64,000 nt of DNA from assembly GCA_965228855.1 (NCBI GenBank), contig CBDDIJ010000002.1, forward strand, positions 2,208,001-2,272,000. Reading direction: 5' to 3'. This document shows positions 1 through 8,770 of this stretch, in pieces. Source of the stretch: Candidatus Obscuribacterales bacterium. Its GTDB lineage: Bacteria; Cyanobacteriota; Vampirovibrionia; Obscuribacterales; Obscuribacteraceae. The notes beneath the pieces were generated by a model that had not been told where the DNA came from, did not search any database, and saw only the letters and a list, made by a program, of their open reading frames with translations. The position numbers and the translations under genes are program-made. Every line of letters begins with the position of its first letter. Within the stretch, counting starts at the first letter, position 1.

Positions 1-65
1 AGCGGAACCAGAGGAAATTCCCTGACCAGCTCCATATACGCTTTGTCAACTCTTGCTGTATTCAT
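1..65 (-). CDS. higA: HigA-type antitoxin, 5' part only (runs off the window edge)
   Basis: ATG at 65-63 overlaps the higB stop (ATGA). Translates MNTARVDKAYMELVREFPLVP, resembling HigA N-termini (Y..LV..FPL.P). Confidence 0.75.
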   Translation of the reverse strand, partial: MNTARVDKAYMELVREFPLVP

Positions 66-343
66 GCCTGCCACCGATCATATTCTGCGTGCGTCATAAC
101 CTCTAAGACGTAAACGCGCTGAAGGGAAAAGTCAACCGAACTAATGAGTCTGTAATTGTTTCCCCCGATGTCGAAGACGACTTGCTCCTTCACATAGTCC
201 GCGCTTCTAAAAGTCTCGCGTACTTCGGCGAAAGATTTCCATGCGGCTGCCTTCGTCACGTCAATCCAATTCGCTAGCGGCCTTCGTGCGTTCGAATGTT
301 TTTTCGCAAACGAGTGCAATTCGCTTTCGTTGATGATTTCCAC
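62..343 (-). CDS. higB: HigB-family mRNA interferase toxin (type II TA)
   Basis: 93 aa with W..F.EVRETFRSADYV, VFDIGGNNYRLI and THAEYDRW, typical of the HigB family; coupled to the antitoxin. Confidence 0.9.
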   Translation of the reverse strand: MEIINESELHSFAKKHSNARRPLANWIDVTKAAAWKSFAEVRETFRSADYVKEQVVFDIGGNNYRLISSVDFSLQRVYVLEVMTHAEYDRWQA

Positions 344-356
344 TCAAATCACCTTC

Positions 357-441
357 AGGTTATCAAATTGATAACTGCTTGTCAAGTCTCGGCTGTCGGG
401 CTTTGATTGGGTAAGTTATCGGTTTGATAACAGCGTGTCAA
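357..441 (-). promoter_or_regulatory. Two tandem sigma70 promoters for higBA, each overlapped by a GTTATC-N5-GATAAC operator
   Basis: Minus strand TTGACA-17-TAACCT (385-357) and TTGACA-17-TAACTT (441-413); palindromes at 359-375 and 415-431. Confidence 0.7.
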
Positions 442-597
442 GCTCAGCAGATAAATGGAAGAGACCTAGCTCCGCAGCGTGAATCAGAGCAAGAGATTTG
501 GAACCGCTTAGTCCGTGTTTTTGTGCGGCAATTAAATGTTCGCCCTGAAGAGGTGGTGCCGAGCGCCTCATTAACTAGCGACCTGGGGATTGTTTGA
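424..597 (+). pseudogene. Acyl-carrier-protein-like gene remnant or short ORF
   Basis: Frame reads EQEIWNRLVRVFVRQLNVRPEEVVPSASLTSDLGIV*, like ACP helix I and loop, but stops before the DSL serine. Only a TTG start (424), inside the second operator. Confidence 0.45.
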
Positions 598-603
598 CGT
601 AAA

Positions 604-1329
604 ATGTTTCGTTACCAATGCTTCCAACGGTCAAGTAAACTCATGTCATCGACATCAATCAGGCTTGTTTTCTCAAATCAGAGAATAGAAGCCGCCAGGA
701 TTTCCGCAGTTCTGCGCATGCCGCCGTCGCAAAGTAATGTTGAATCGGGAAATACTGACGAGCAAAGGTTTCCATTTTGGGAGCTGGATGGCGAACACGC
801 CAAAGATGTAGAGACCTTATTGCCGCTTTGGGTTTCACATCTGGAATCTGTATATCAGCAATTAAAAGCGCTGAGCACCGAAGACTTAGGTGGTTATCTT
901 GATGTGCGCGTCTACGAAGACAACCTTTTCATCGATGATGATCTGTTGACGCGCTTGGGTGCGACTGGCATTGGAATGAGTATTTGGTTCAATCCTCCGG
1001 AGCAAATCACTTGGACGGAGCCCGATCACCAGTCGACCCTGGCAATTCCTCAACCAACCTCGTACTATTGCCAGCTTGACGAAGCTCATTTCTTTAAGTG
1101 GCTCCAGGAGATCGATGGTGTAAAGGAAGTGCGCGGGCACTCTGCTGGCTTGACGGTTTATTTATCTGTTTCCGCTCTCTCTGATTATGCGTTAAGAGAT
1201 TTGATCGGACTGCTCTTTCGATATGACGTTCCGATGTCTTTCTTACGTTCGCAACTTACTTCGGGGAACGAGCATTGGTTCAAGGATCCAGGCACCTATT
1301 GGTATGAAAAAATTTTTGGTGAGACTTGA
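604..1329 (+). CDS. Hypothetical two-domain protein (DUF4279-like N-terminus; conserved-looking small C-terminal domain)
   Basis: 241-aa ORF; true start may be ATG 643. C-terminal DE..FF.WL...LRDLIGLLFRY...HWF...YWYEKIF block looks like a stand-alone hypothetical family. Confidence 0.55.
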   Translation: MFRYQCFQRSSKLMSSTSIRLVFSNQRIEAARISAVLRMPPSQSNVESGNTDEQRFPFWELDGEHAKDVETLLPLWVSHLESVYQQLKALSTEDLGGYLDVRVYEDNLFIDDDLLTRLGATGIGMSIWFNPPEQITWTEPDHQSTLAIPQPTSYYCQLDEAHFFKWLQEIDGVKEVRGHSAGLTVYLSVSALSDYALRDLIGLLFRYDVPMSFLRSQLTSGNEHWFKDPGTYWYEKIFGET

Positions 1330-1442
1330 TGCTGCTGTTCACTGCGTCTAAGGATAAAGTTGGCTGCGCGTTGTTTTATACACCAGATACAGTGGCGCTA
1401 AATTAGACCGAAACATTTCAGTACATAGATCAAACTGATCAC

Positions 1443-1592
1443 TCATCCTTTTGGATGACTCCTCTCGTCCTTTGGGATGAGCCAGTTCTGTCCAGTGCTC
1501 GTTTTTCTGAAACTTAAAGACGACAAGCGAAGTTTGAAATCTACGCATATCGGCAAAGGTTTCTTGAAACTGAAATTCATCCTTTCGACTGA
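1443..1592. promoter_or_regulatory. Three 16-bp imperfect palindromic boxes (TCATCCTTTNGGATGA-like)
   Basis: TCATCCTTTTGGATGA (1443-1458), TCGTCCTTTGGGATGA (1465-1480), TCATCCTTTCGACTGA (1577-1592). Confidence 0.55.
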
Positions 1593-1654
1593 GGTTAAAT
1601 ACCAATGATGGTGACATCATCTACGGCAATTTTAGGAACCTCGGAAGTCTTACT

Positions 1655-3058
1655 ATGGTCACCAAATCATTTACTCGCGTGCTTTCTTTGACGGCAGCTA
1701 CTTGCGTCCTGTTGTCTGCGACTCCGACGTGCCCTGCATATGGGCAAAGCGAAGCCGACAATGCCGTTCAAAGCGATCCAGTCTTGAGAGGCTATACATC
1801 GGACTCGAATTTATTTGAGCAAATTGACAATGACATTCTCAAAAAGGAAGTCGAGTTGCTCAAACTAAACGCTGAGTTTCGTACGCACTACACCGCCGGT
1901 GACAGGTGGAAAAAGCGAAGAATGAAATTATATGACTTCGCTGGTGGTGGCATCGCAAACGCTGGAGATATCGCTCTTCTAAGTCAATTCTGGCGGTATT
2001 ATAGAAATCCCGGAGATGGACTCGCTCATAAAGGACGTCTGGAATCTGGTCCGCTTGTCGTTATGATCGCATACTGCACTCTTGGAGGGCTTTATGCTCT
2101 AGAGGGCTGCTACGATCTTGCAAAAGACTATAAGGGCAAGCAAAAAGGTTTCGCCGCAAAGACCGTCTACAAAAAGGCGCTGGCAGCAAAGATAGAACTC
2201 GACAAATTGTTTGCTGTCCGCGATCAAAAACTGCAGGCGTTAAATTCGGACAACTGTGCGCTGCAAACTGCCCAGGGGCGTGTGTTAAAAGATGTTCGCG
2301 ACCTTTCATTAATTGAATTCTCCAGAGTTTACGTAGACTCTCGGAAGCAGAAAGCCGCTCGCGACTTAACCACCCTTGGTACCATTGCTGTATGTGCTAC
2401 CGGCGCCTGGCCGGGTGCCTACGCGGTTCTTCGCGGTGTGAAGGATGTTAATCTCAAGAAGGTTGGAAGTGGTGGGATCGGTTTCTTGATATCAGGCTCC
2501 ACCTTAACAGCGGCTCCTGTCTTGATACATGGTGGCGCAGCGATCACCGGTAAGGTTTGCACTTCTAAACTGGAAGAGTCGCTAGTTAAGTCTCAATCGA
2601 CAACGATCGCGGCTCTCGAAAAGGATTTGACAAACTATCGCGAAATCGCGGCGAAGGTCCGTCCTTCTGTGGACCATTCGCAGCACTTCGCCGTGGTGGC
2701 AAAACTTCTCAAGGACCGACATGAGTTTCTTGAAAAAGAGCGACGCCGGCAGAAGCGCGAAATACTGGAGAGCTTTATCTCGTACGCTGTGCGCGGCGGT
2801 CCGCAAATCGCTTTTGGTGCGATGTTAACGAGAGCGGGATACAAGTACAACACGAATCCGGTTAAGGCATTCAAGGGTGTCGCGCAAGCGGCAACTGTTA
2901 ACGAAGTAAGCTGGGGAAGCTGGCTGCTCGATGTGACTCAAAAGAGCGCCCGAAACGAACTTGAGTTTCGCCGACAGGATAAAATTGCTCCTGGCGATGT
3001 GCCGTTCGGTGTCAGTAATAGTCAACTCGTGACGCTCGAACAAGCTGGAACGCAGTAA
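1655..3058 (+). CDS. Exported hypothetical protein with Gly/Ala-rich hydrophobic helices and coiled-coil segments
   Basis: 467-aa ORF with signal-peptide-like N-terminus (..CPAYG); no family motif recognised. Confidence 0.7.
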   Translation: MVTKSFTRVLSLTAATCVLLSATPTCPAYGQSEADNAVQSDPVLRGYTSDSNLFEQIDNDILKKEVELLKLNAEFRTHYTAGDRWKKRRMKLYDFAGGGIANAGDIALLSQFWRYYRNPGDGLAHKGRLESGPLVVMIAYCTLGGLYALEGCYDLAKDYKGKQKGFAAKTVYKKALAAKIELDKLFAVRDQKLQALNSDNCALQTAQGRVLKDVRDLSLIEFSRVYVDSRKQKAARDLTTLGTIAVCATGAWPGAYAVLRGVKDVNLKKVGSGGIGFLISGSTLTAAPVLIHGGAAITGKVCTSKLEESLVKSQSTTIAALEKDLTNYREIAAKVRPSVDHSQHFAVVAKLLKDRHEFLEKERRRQKREILESFISYAVRGGPQIAFGAMLTRAGYKYNTNPVKAFKGVAQAATVNEVSWGSWLLDVTQKSARNELEFRRQDKIAPGDVPFGVSNSQLVTLEQAGTQ

Positions 3059-3086
3059 TTCGTTTCAAGCGCCCGCAAGAGATCGC

Positions 3087-4109
3087 TTACGTCAGACCGG
3101 CTCCGGGAAGTGGTGCTCTTCCTAGCTTCTGCTTTAACTTCGGTTGACGCAGCAGTTCGGCTTCCTTTTCGGGGGACAGACCGGCTTGTCGTGGCAGCGC
3201 AGGGTCTCGGGTACGGTCCCAAGCCAACGTGTCGGCGATCGTTTTCTCGATTGGCCTGCATATAAGTCCGTCAGCGACCGCCTTTCTGCGATCCAGTCTC
3301 ATCACACCGGCAAAGTGTTTCATCGTGTCGGGAATCCAGAGCGGAAGCTCCGACCATGGCGTCACGTCTGCCTTGAGTAATACCACTTCTTCCACGCGAA
3401 CCATTTCTGAGTCCACTTTGGCTGCGCGCTGGCACGCATCCAGTACATCCAGTAGTGTAAGTCGATCGATCGGACCTGTCGCGATATAGATGCCGTGCGC
3501 CTCCGCTTCGGTTCTCGCTAGTATGAATGCTGCTAGATCTCGTACGTCGATGAATTGAACCTGTCGGTCCAATTTTTCCGGGACCGCAACTTTTCCACCA
3601 CAAGCGAAACGCGCAGGCCAGTATGTAAAACGGTCGGTAGGATCGTAAGGTCCCACGATGAGACCCGGTCTAATTATCAGAAAACGCTCAGGCATCATTT
3701 GAGTCAGAACTTTTTCGCAGTCGGCTTTGAGACTTCCATAATCACCTTGTTCACCGAACGGTGTGTACTTGATCGGACTCTCCTCCGAGAGCGCGATTTC
3801 GGTAAAGTCGCCATAAGCCGAAATTGTAGAGATGAAAACGTAATTCTTGACCGCGGCAGCCAGTGCTCGAATTGAATGTTCCACGGATTCCGGATGATAT
3901 CCGCACACGTCGATGACTGCGTCAAATTCGCGACCATGAAGGAAGCTCAGGTCACCGTTTCGGTCAGCCAACAGACGTTCTACGTTTGCCTGTTCTTCGA
4001 GATAAACGCTTCCGCGATTGATCGTGGTGACCTGATGTCCCGCAGCCAGTGCTTGTGCGACGAGATGTCGACCAAGAAAAACAGTTCCGCCTATTATCAA
4101 TAAACGCAT
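3087..4109 (-). CDS. NAD-dependent epimerase/dehydratase (atypical SDR)
   Basis: MRLLIIGGTVFLG Rossmann start, YGSLK motif, RPGLIVGP, QFIDVRDLA. Confidence 0.9.
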   Translation of the reverse strand: MRLLIIGGTVFLGRHLVAQALAAGHQVTTINRGSVYLEEQANVERLLADRNGDLSFLHGREFDAVIDVCGYHPESVEHSIRALAAAVKNYVFISTISAYGDFTEIALSEESPIKYTPFGEQGDYGSLKADCEKVLTQMMPERFLIIRPGLIVGPYDPTDRFTYWPARFACGGKVAVPEKLDRQVQFIDVRDLAAFILARTEAEAHGIYIATGPIDRLTLLDVLDACQRAAKVDSEMVRVEEVVLLKADVTPWSELPLWIPDTMKHFAGVMRLDRRKAVADGLICRPIEKTIADTLAWDRTRDPALPRQAGLSPEKEAELLRQPKLKQKLGRAPLPGAGLT

Positions 4110-4208
4110 AATGTTCACCGATTTCAGTTCTAATGTTTCGCCGAGAGATAGATAATACCAAGTTTTCAAGCTTGTAGACTAAATTTTCCCACGCTTGCCG
4201 GAGAAACC

Positions 4209-4778
4209 ATGAGTAGTGAACTGCAAAACATGCTGGACAACAAGCTGTACTTTTCAGCGGATCCAGAACTGAAAGCGATGCGAATGCGCGCCCGAAAACT
4301 TATCAAAAAGTACAACGACAGCGAGCCTGATGAACCGGAAATGCGCCAGCAAATGCTTGGTCAGCTACTAGGAAAGATGGGTAAAAATTGCGAGATCGAG
4401 CCGGACTTTCGTTGCGACTATGGGACATTTATAGAACTTGGTGACAGCGTATTCATTAACTTCGGTTGCGTAATCCTCGATTGCAACTACGTCCGCATAG
4501 GAAACAATGTAATGTTTGCCTCCAATGTTCAATTGCTGTGCGCATATCATCCTTTAGATGCCGACGAGCGAAACTCTGGTTATGAGCTTGGTGCGCCAAT
4601 TACGATCGGAGATAACGTGTGGTTGGGTGGTGGTGTTATCGTAAATCCTGGTATCACAATTGGTGCTAATTCCGTCATCGGTTCCGGCAGCGTAGTGACC
4701 AGGGATATCGAGCCTTTCTCGGTCGCGTACGGCAATCCATGCCGAGTCGCCAAGACTTTGCCGAATCCAGCTCGATAG
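4209..4778 (+). CDS. maa: Maltose/sugar O-acetyltransferase
   Basis: FRCDYG, hexapeptide repeats, GAPITIGDNVWLGGG, GNPCRV; GGAG RBS. Confidence 0.9.
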   Translation: MSSELQNMLDNKLYFSADPELKAMRMRARKLIKKYNDSEPDEPEMRQQMLGQLLGKMGKNCEIEPDFRCDYGTFIELGDSVFINFGCVILDCNYVRIGNNVMFASNVQLLCAYHPLDADERNSGYELGAPITIGDNVWLGGGVIVNPGITIGANSVIGSGSVVTRDIEPFSVAYGNPCRVAKTLPNPAR

Positions 4779-5651
4779 TTAAAGAGAGGGATTTTTTCTG
4801 AAGAAATCGAGGATAAGCCAGATGCAAGCCATATCGGTGAGCAAACCGTGCGCGATTGCAGCGGTTATTATGGAGCCGCTACGTTTATAGATGAGCGCCA
4901 GAATGCCGTTATAGACTGCGAGCATCAGAATTCCGATTTCATTCCAAACCGGAAAGAGAACAAGTTTGAAAATCAAGTAGTGAAATATTGCGTGTGCCAA
5001 CGAAGACCAAATTAGCGCAAAATGTTTGATTTTGATTCGCTCTAACTCGTTGTATAAGACGCCGCGCCAATAGAGTTCCTCAATGATAGGGTTGACGAAG
5101 GTGGCGTACAATCCAAATAAAATTAAATTGCCGCGCGTCAAACCCAGCTCCCGAAGCAGCTCTCCAACTCGTTCGTTGCTAAGAACAACATGACCCGCAA
5201 TCTCGTAAGCTGCGACCGTGATGAAACTGAACAAAAGCGCTGCGAGGAAAATCCAAAGGACATGCTTCAGCTTTGGTTTCTTCAGCGTTTTCATCCACAG
5301 GTGTTTTCCTGCGAAAATAGACGGCGCCAAATAAAGTACGTGGTAGATTCCATACGCCCATGCGGCGCTCTTCATTTGATATAGTCCAATCCAAATTGTT
5401 ATGCTTGGAATTAGCGACCACAGCAGTATTCCAAGCATCTCAGGCGCGAAGATGCTGTCGTGCGCTGCGACATGCTCATCGTTTTGATTAACGTCCAGCG
5501 AGAGTAACCTTCCCTTCGTGGTTTCCAGAACAAGTGCACATTCTCGCATGGATGTTTTTATATGGCAAAACTGGCTCAAGCCCTTTCCGAATGTGAAACG
5601 GGCTCGCTGGGGGCAGCAGAAGAGTGGCCATTCGCCACCCTCCGGCTGCAA
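4779..5651 (-). CDS. CPBP (CAAX protease/Abi) intramembrane metalloprotease; true start probably downstream of 5651
   Basis: Multiple TM helices with EELYWRG, HAIFH and AHGLLTD motifs. Confidence 0.85.
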   Translation of the reverse strand: MQPEGGEWPLFCCPQRARFTFGKGLSQFCHIKTSMRECALVLETTKGRLLSLDVNQNDEHVAAHDSIFAPEMLGILLWSLIPSITIWIGLYQMKSAAWAYGIYHVLYLAPSIFAGKHLWMKTLKKPKLKHVLWIFLAALLFSFITVAAYEIAGHVVLSNERVGELLRELGLTRGNLILFGLYATFVNPIIEELYWRGVLYNELERIKIKHFALIWSSLAHAIFHYLIFKLVLFPVWNEIGILMLAVYNGILALIYKRSGSIITAAIAHGLLTDMACIWLILDFFRKNPSL

Positions 5652-5657
5652 GCTGAG

Positions 5658-5879
5658 CTATTCGTAGTTTTCAATTCGATCTAAGTGTTTCCGTATCCAT
5701 CGCATCAATGTGATTGCTTTCAGAGATGCCGGAAATATGCCAGTCCCGGTATCGGAGATTGGAATTGGAAACTCGAAGTTAATCGAAGTCCCCGTCACGC
5801 GGTACCAGAGGTCGCCGTCCCTGTAACAGACAAACTCGGCGTTAGTGCCCTTAACGAGCGTCTTTAGTGATGTGTTCAT
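5658..5879 (-). CDS. Small hypothetical protein, copy 1
   Basis: 73 aa, GAGG RBS; close paralogue of 6309-6575 (LWY...FEFPIPI.DTG.GIFPA..KAITLMRW). Confidence 0.8.
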   Translation of the reverse strand: MNTSLKTLVKGTNAEFVCYRDGDLWYRVTGTSINFEFPIPISDTGTGIFPASLKAITLMRWIRKHLDRIENYE

Positions 5880-6308
5880 TGTAAATCCTCAGTTGATCAT
5901 GGGGCTGCCATAGTTCGAGTGCACGAAAGCGGACGCCACTATATTTAGTGGCGGTCTTTGAACTAGTCTTGACTGCTGGCAGTTTAAAACAGCTGCTCAT
6001 GCCCATATGCTATGGACACGATGTATTTTTATACGCGAGCGTCGCCGAGCGGCTACGCCCGCACTCGATCAACCATTGCAAAATCATAGTGAGCGCATGA
6101 GAACGATGTCGCGCATGCAAACAGTCGCGCACCTATGTCGCGGGCTGTTTTTAACGACGTATCAATCAGGTTCATATGGGACCAATGTGCTCAATCAAAT
6201 TCAGTTTAAAGCAAGTTCTAGTTTGAGGCAAGAATGAAGATCAAGGGCGCTCATAGGGAGAGGTTTCAATCTTCGCGCTGTGCGACTTGAATCCCAAGGA
6301 TTAGCCGT

Positions 6309-6575
6309 CTAGTCCAATTCTGGAAGTTTCTTTGCGTCTTCGCCGTCGTTCTCGATGCTCTCGAGATGTTGCCTCACCCAGCGCATCAATGTGATTGCTT
6401 TGATTTTTGCCGGAAAAATTCCGATGCCGGTGTCATCTATTGGAACTGGGAAATTGAAAACAAAGTTTCCGTCGGTTTCAGATGTTCCAGTGATGCGATA
6501 CCAGAGGTCGCCGTCCTTGTAGCAAACGAATTCTGCAGTCGTGTCTTTTACCAGTGTCTTTACGGCGATGGTCAT
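6309..6575 (-). CDS. Small hypothetical protein, copy 2
   Basis: ATG at 6575 with GGAGG RBS; 88 aa; paralogue of 5658-5879. Confidence 0.8.
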   Translation of the reverse strand: MTIAVKTLVKDTTAEFVCYKDGDLWYRITGTSETDGNFVFNFPVPIDDTGIGIFPAKIKAITLMRWVRQHLESIENDGEDAKKLPELD

Positions 6576-6775
6576 GGTTCCTCCGGTCAGTCTTGCTGGT
6601 TTCTCCGAAGTTGCGAGCAAGGCGCTTTTGTTTAAAAACGATATTGAAGCATAATGACAGCTGGTTTCGGCAAATTTGGAGTCGACGTTTAACACTTTGT
6701 TGGTCAAGTGAGTTCTCGGCGTCTTGAAGCCGTTTCTGCTAGGCTGGATTTAGTCGCCAGTTTGAGCATTTAAGT

Positions 6776-8770
6776 ATGAGCAATCGATTCTCCGGTTCGA
6801 TGGGGCGTCACAAAATTATCACCGGAGCGCTACTGATTGTAGTGTTGTCCGGAGCGCTCTGGGCGTGCTTCTGGGTAGTGCAAAACGATAGGAATGGCGT
6901 TCCGGCTGGGAAGCTCTTTGACGAGGCTATAATTCTCATCGCTCGCGAAAAGCGAGATGAAGCGCTGGAGAAGTTTGAGGCCGCGGAGAGTCTGCAGCCG
7001 GGCATCTGCAGGAGTCGCATTGCTTGGTTCAATGCAAATAGACATGCGAGTCAACCTGCTACGCTGTCTGCTCTTCAGCAAGTTGGTTATCGTAAGTTTG
7101 CAGGGATAAACATCATTAATGAGGCGGCTTCGGACTTGTCAAACGACGAGCAGGCAACTCTGTATCGCATTCGCCTCGCTCCATGGCTCTCTTCTCCGTG
7201 CTCGCTTCCGTTTGATCGTGATGCCATGGATATCCCGGAGATGGGGCTTTTCTCGCTATACGAACACGACAAACCGAGCTATGCCCTGGCGATGCTCGAT
7301 CGCGCAGCTGCGCTTTATTCATTTAACGATTCAATCTTCGACTGTGCTCAGAAAGTTTACTCTGAGCGGAACATGCAGGAAAAGCTTCTTGCTCTTCGAG
7401 CTAATCGCCTAAGTCGCGAGGATCAGGATGAATTGAGGAAGGTTTCAAATGAGCCTTTGACGACTGGGCAGGCTGCAATTCTGAATCGCATTATTGCGAA
7501 AAATCCGAAGAATCCGTTGCCACTGCTTTATCGTATCAATGCAGAGCTAGTTCGCGGTGGACTTTGTCCGACCCAAGCTGCGATTGACGATTGCAATCGA
7601 GTGATTGCGCTTTGCCCTGATCTTCCTGAAGGTTACGATGCGAGAGGGCGCGTTCATCAGCGCATGGACAAGCTCGAAGCGAGTCTGGCTGATTTCACAG
7701 AGGCGTCGAAGAGAATGCCCGATTGCATAAATTTGCTTAGAAGTCAGGCGACTGTTGCAAAAAAATTGAAACGTTCGAAAGAAGTTTTAGTCTATCTGGA
7801 CAGAATAATTTCCCTCTCGCCAGGTGACCTGAACGCGATGACCGAGAAAGCGGAATTCCTCTATCAGATTGGCGATTACGGACCGGCGGAGCAAGCCATA
7901 ACTCAGACTCTTGAAGTCGCAACTGTGGCGAAGAGACTAGAGAGTTTGGCGGGATATTTAGATTATTCCGGATTTTCAGTCGATTCTGGTCCGTTGTTCA
8001 CGGATAATGGAATAGGTGGTTTGCGTCAAGGGCTGGCGCGCGTGAAGGCGAAACAGAAGGAGTACGCGAGCGCCCTGGCAATTGTCGACGAGTTAATCAA
8101 GAGCGAGCCACAGTCCGCTAGCAATTATGACATCAAGGCGGATGTGTTGTTGCAGTCCAATGAGCCTGAATTGGCAAAGGCGGCAGCGATTCGTGCTCTG
8201 GAAGTTCAAAAATCGCCAGTTCAACCGGTTGCGACTAATTCGCTGTTTCCCTCTGAACCCGTCCTGACCCCGCCCTTGAATTTCCAACAGGGAATGCTAC
8301 CGACAGATGGTGCGATTGAGAGATACGAACGTCTTGCCACCATATACGATGCGCTACATGATAGCGCAAACGCTGAGAAACAACGCAGAAATAAGCTGAT
8401 GTTGTTGAAACTGAATGTTTACTCGGAACCATACAACGACTTCTTGTTATCGACCCTAATCGATTACGCCGATCGTTTAGATGAGTATAGAGCCGCCATC
8501 TGGGCTACTCGAGCATTCTGCGAGGCGAGTCCGCCTGCCACTTCGGGATACGACCCTCTGAGTGATCCCATGGTAAAGGTTTATAAGCGAGATAACATGA
8601 GGACCATTTGCCAAAAACTACTTGTATCCAAACATCCGGATTTCGCCTTTCGAGTCATCAATGAATTTTCGCAGTTAAATAAAGGTGATGAGACGCTTCG
8701 CCAGTTTCGTGAACAGGCATTGAAGCGCTGTGCTACTAATGCGCCCGCGACCCCTATTTCGAAGACTTAG
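6776..8770 (+). CDS. Membrane-anchored TPR protein
   Basis: N-terminal TM segment; TPR-like repeats (GYDARGRVHQ..A.ADF..A...P). Confidence 0.8.
   Translation: MSNRFSGSMGRHKIITGALLIVVLSGALWACFWVVQNDRNGVPAGKLFDEAIILIAREKRDEALEKFEAAESLQPGICRSRIAWFNANRHASQPATLSALQQVGYRKFAGINIINEAASDLSNDEQATLYRIRLAPWLSSPCSLPFDRDAMDIPEMGLFSLYEHDKPSYALAMLDRAAALYSFNDSIFDCAQKVYSERNMQEKLLALRANRLSREDQDELRKVSNEPLTTGQAAILNRIIAKNPKNPLPLLYRINAELVRGGLCPTQAAIDDCNRVIALCPDLPEGYDARGRVHQRMDKLEASLADFTEASKRMPDCINLLRSQATVAKKLKRSKEVLVYLDRIISLSPGDLNAMTEKAEFLYQIGDYGPAEQAITQTLEVATVAKRLESLAGYLDYSGFSVDSGPLFTDNGIGGLRQGLARVKAKQKEYASALAIVDELIKSEPQSASNYDIKADVLLQSNEPELAKAAAIRALEVQKSPVQPVATNSLFPSEPVLTPPLNFQQGMLPTDGAIERYERLATIYDALHDSANAEKQRRNKLMLLKLNVYSEPYNDFLLSTLIDYADRLDEYRAAIWATRAFCEASPPATSGYDPLSDPMVKVYKRDNMRTICQKLLVSKHPDFAFRVINEFSQLNKGDETLRQFREQALKRCATNAPATPISKT

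Noticed and set aside
1348..1620. 90-aa minus-strand ORF in the intergenic region
   Set aside because: No RBS or motif; the region is better explained as regulatory DNA carrying the palindromic boxes.
5640..5665. TAGCTCAG tRNA D-arm-like word at the stop of the 73-aa gene
   Set aside because: No acceptor stem, anticodon arm or T-loop at the right spacing.
6007..6237. 76-aa plus-strand ORF and short GTCGCG repeats between the two paralogues
   Set aside because: No RBS or motif; repeats are short and irregularly spaced, not CRISPR-like.
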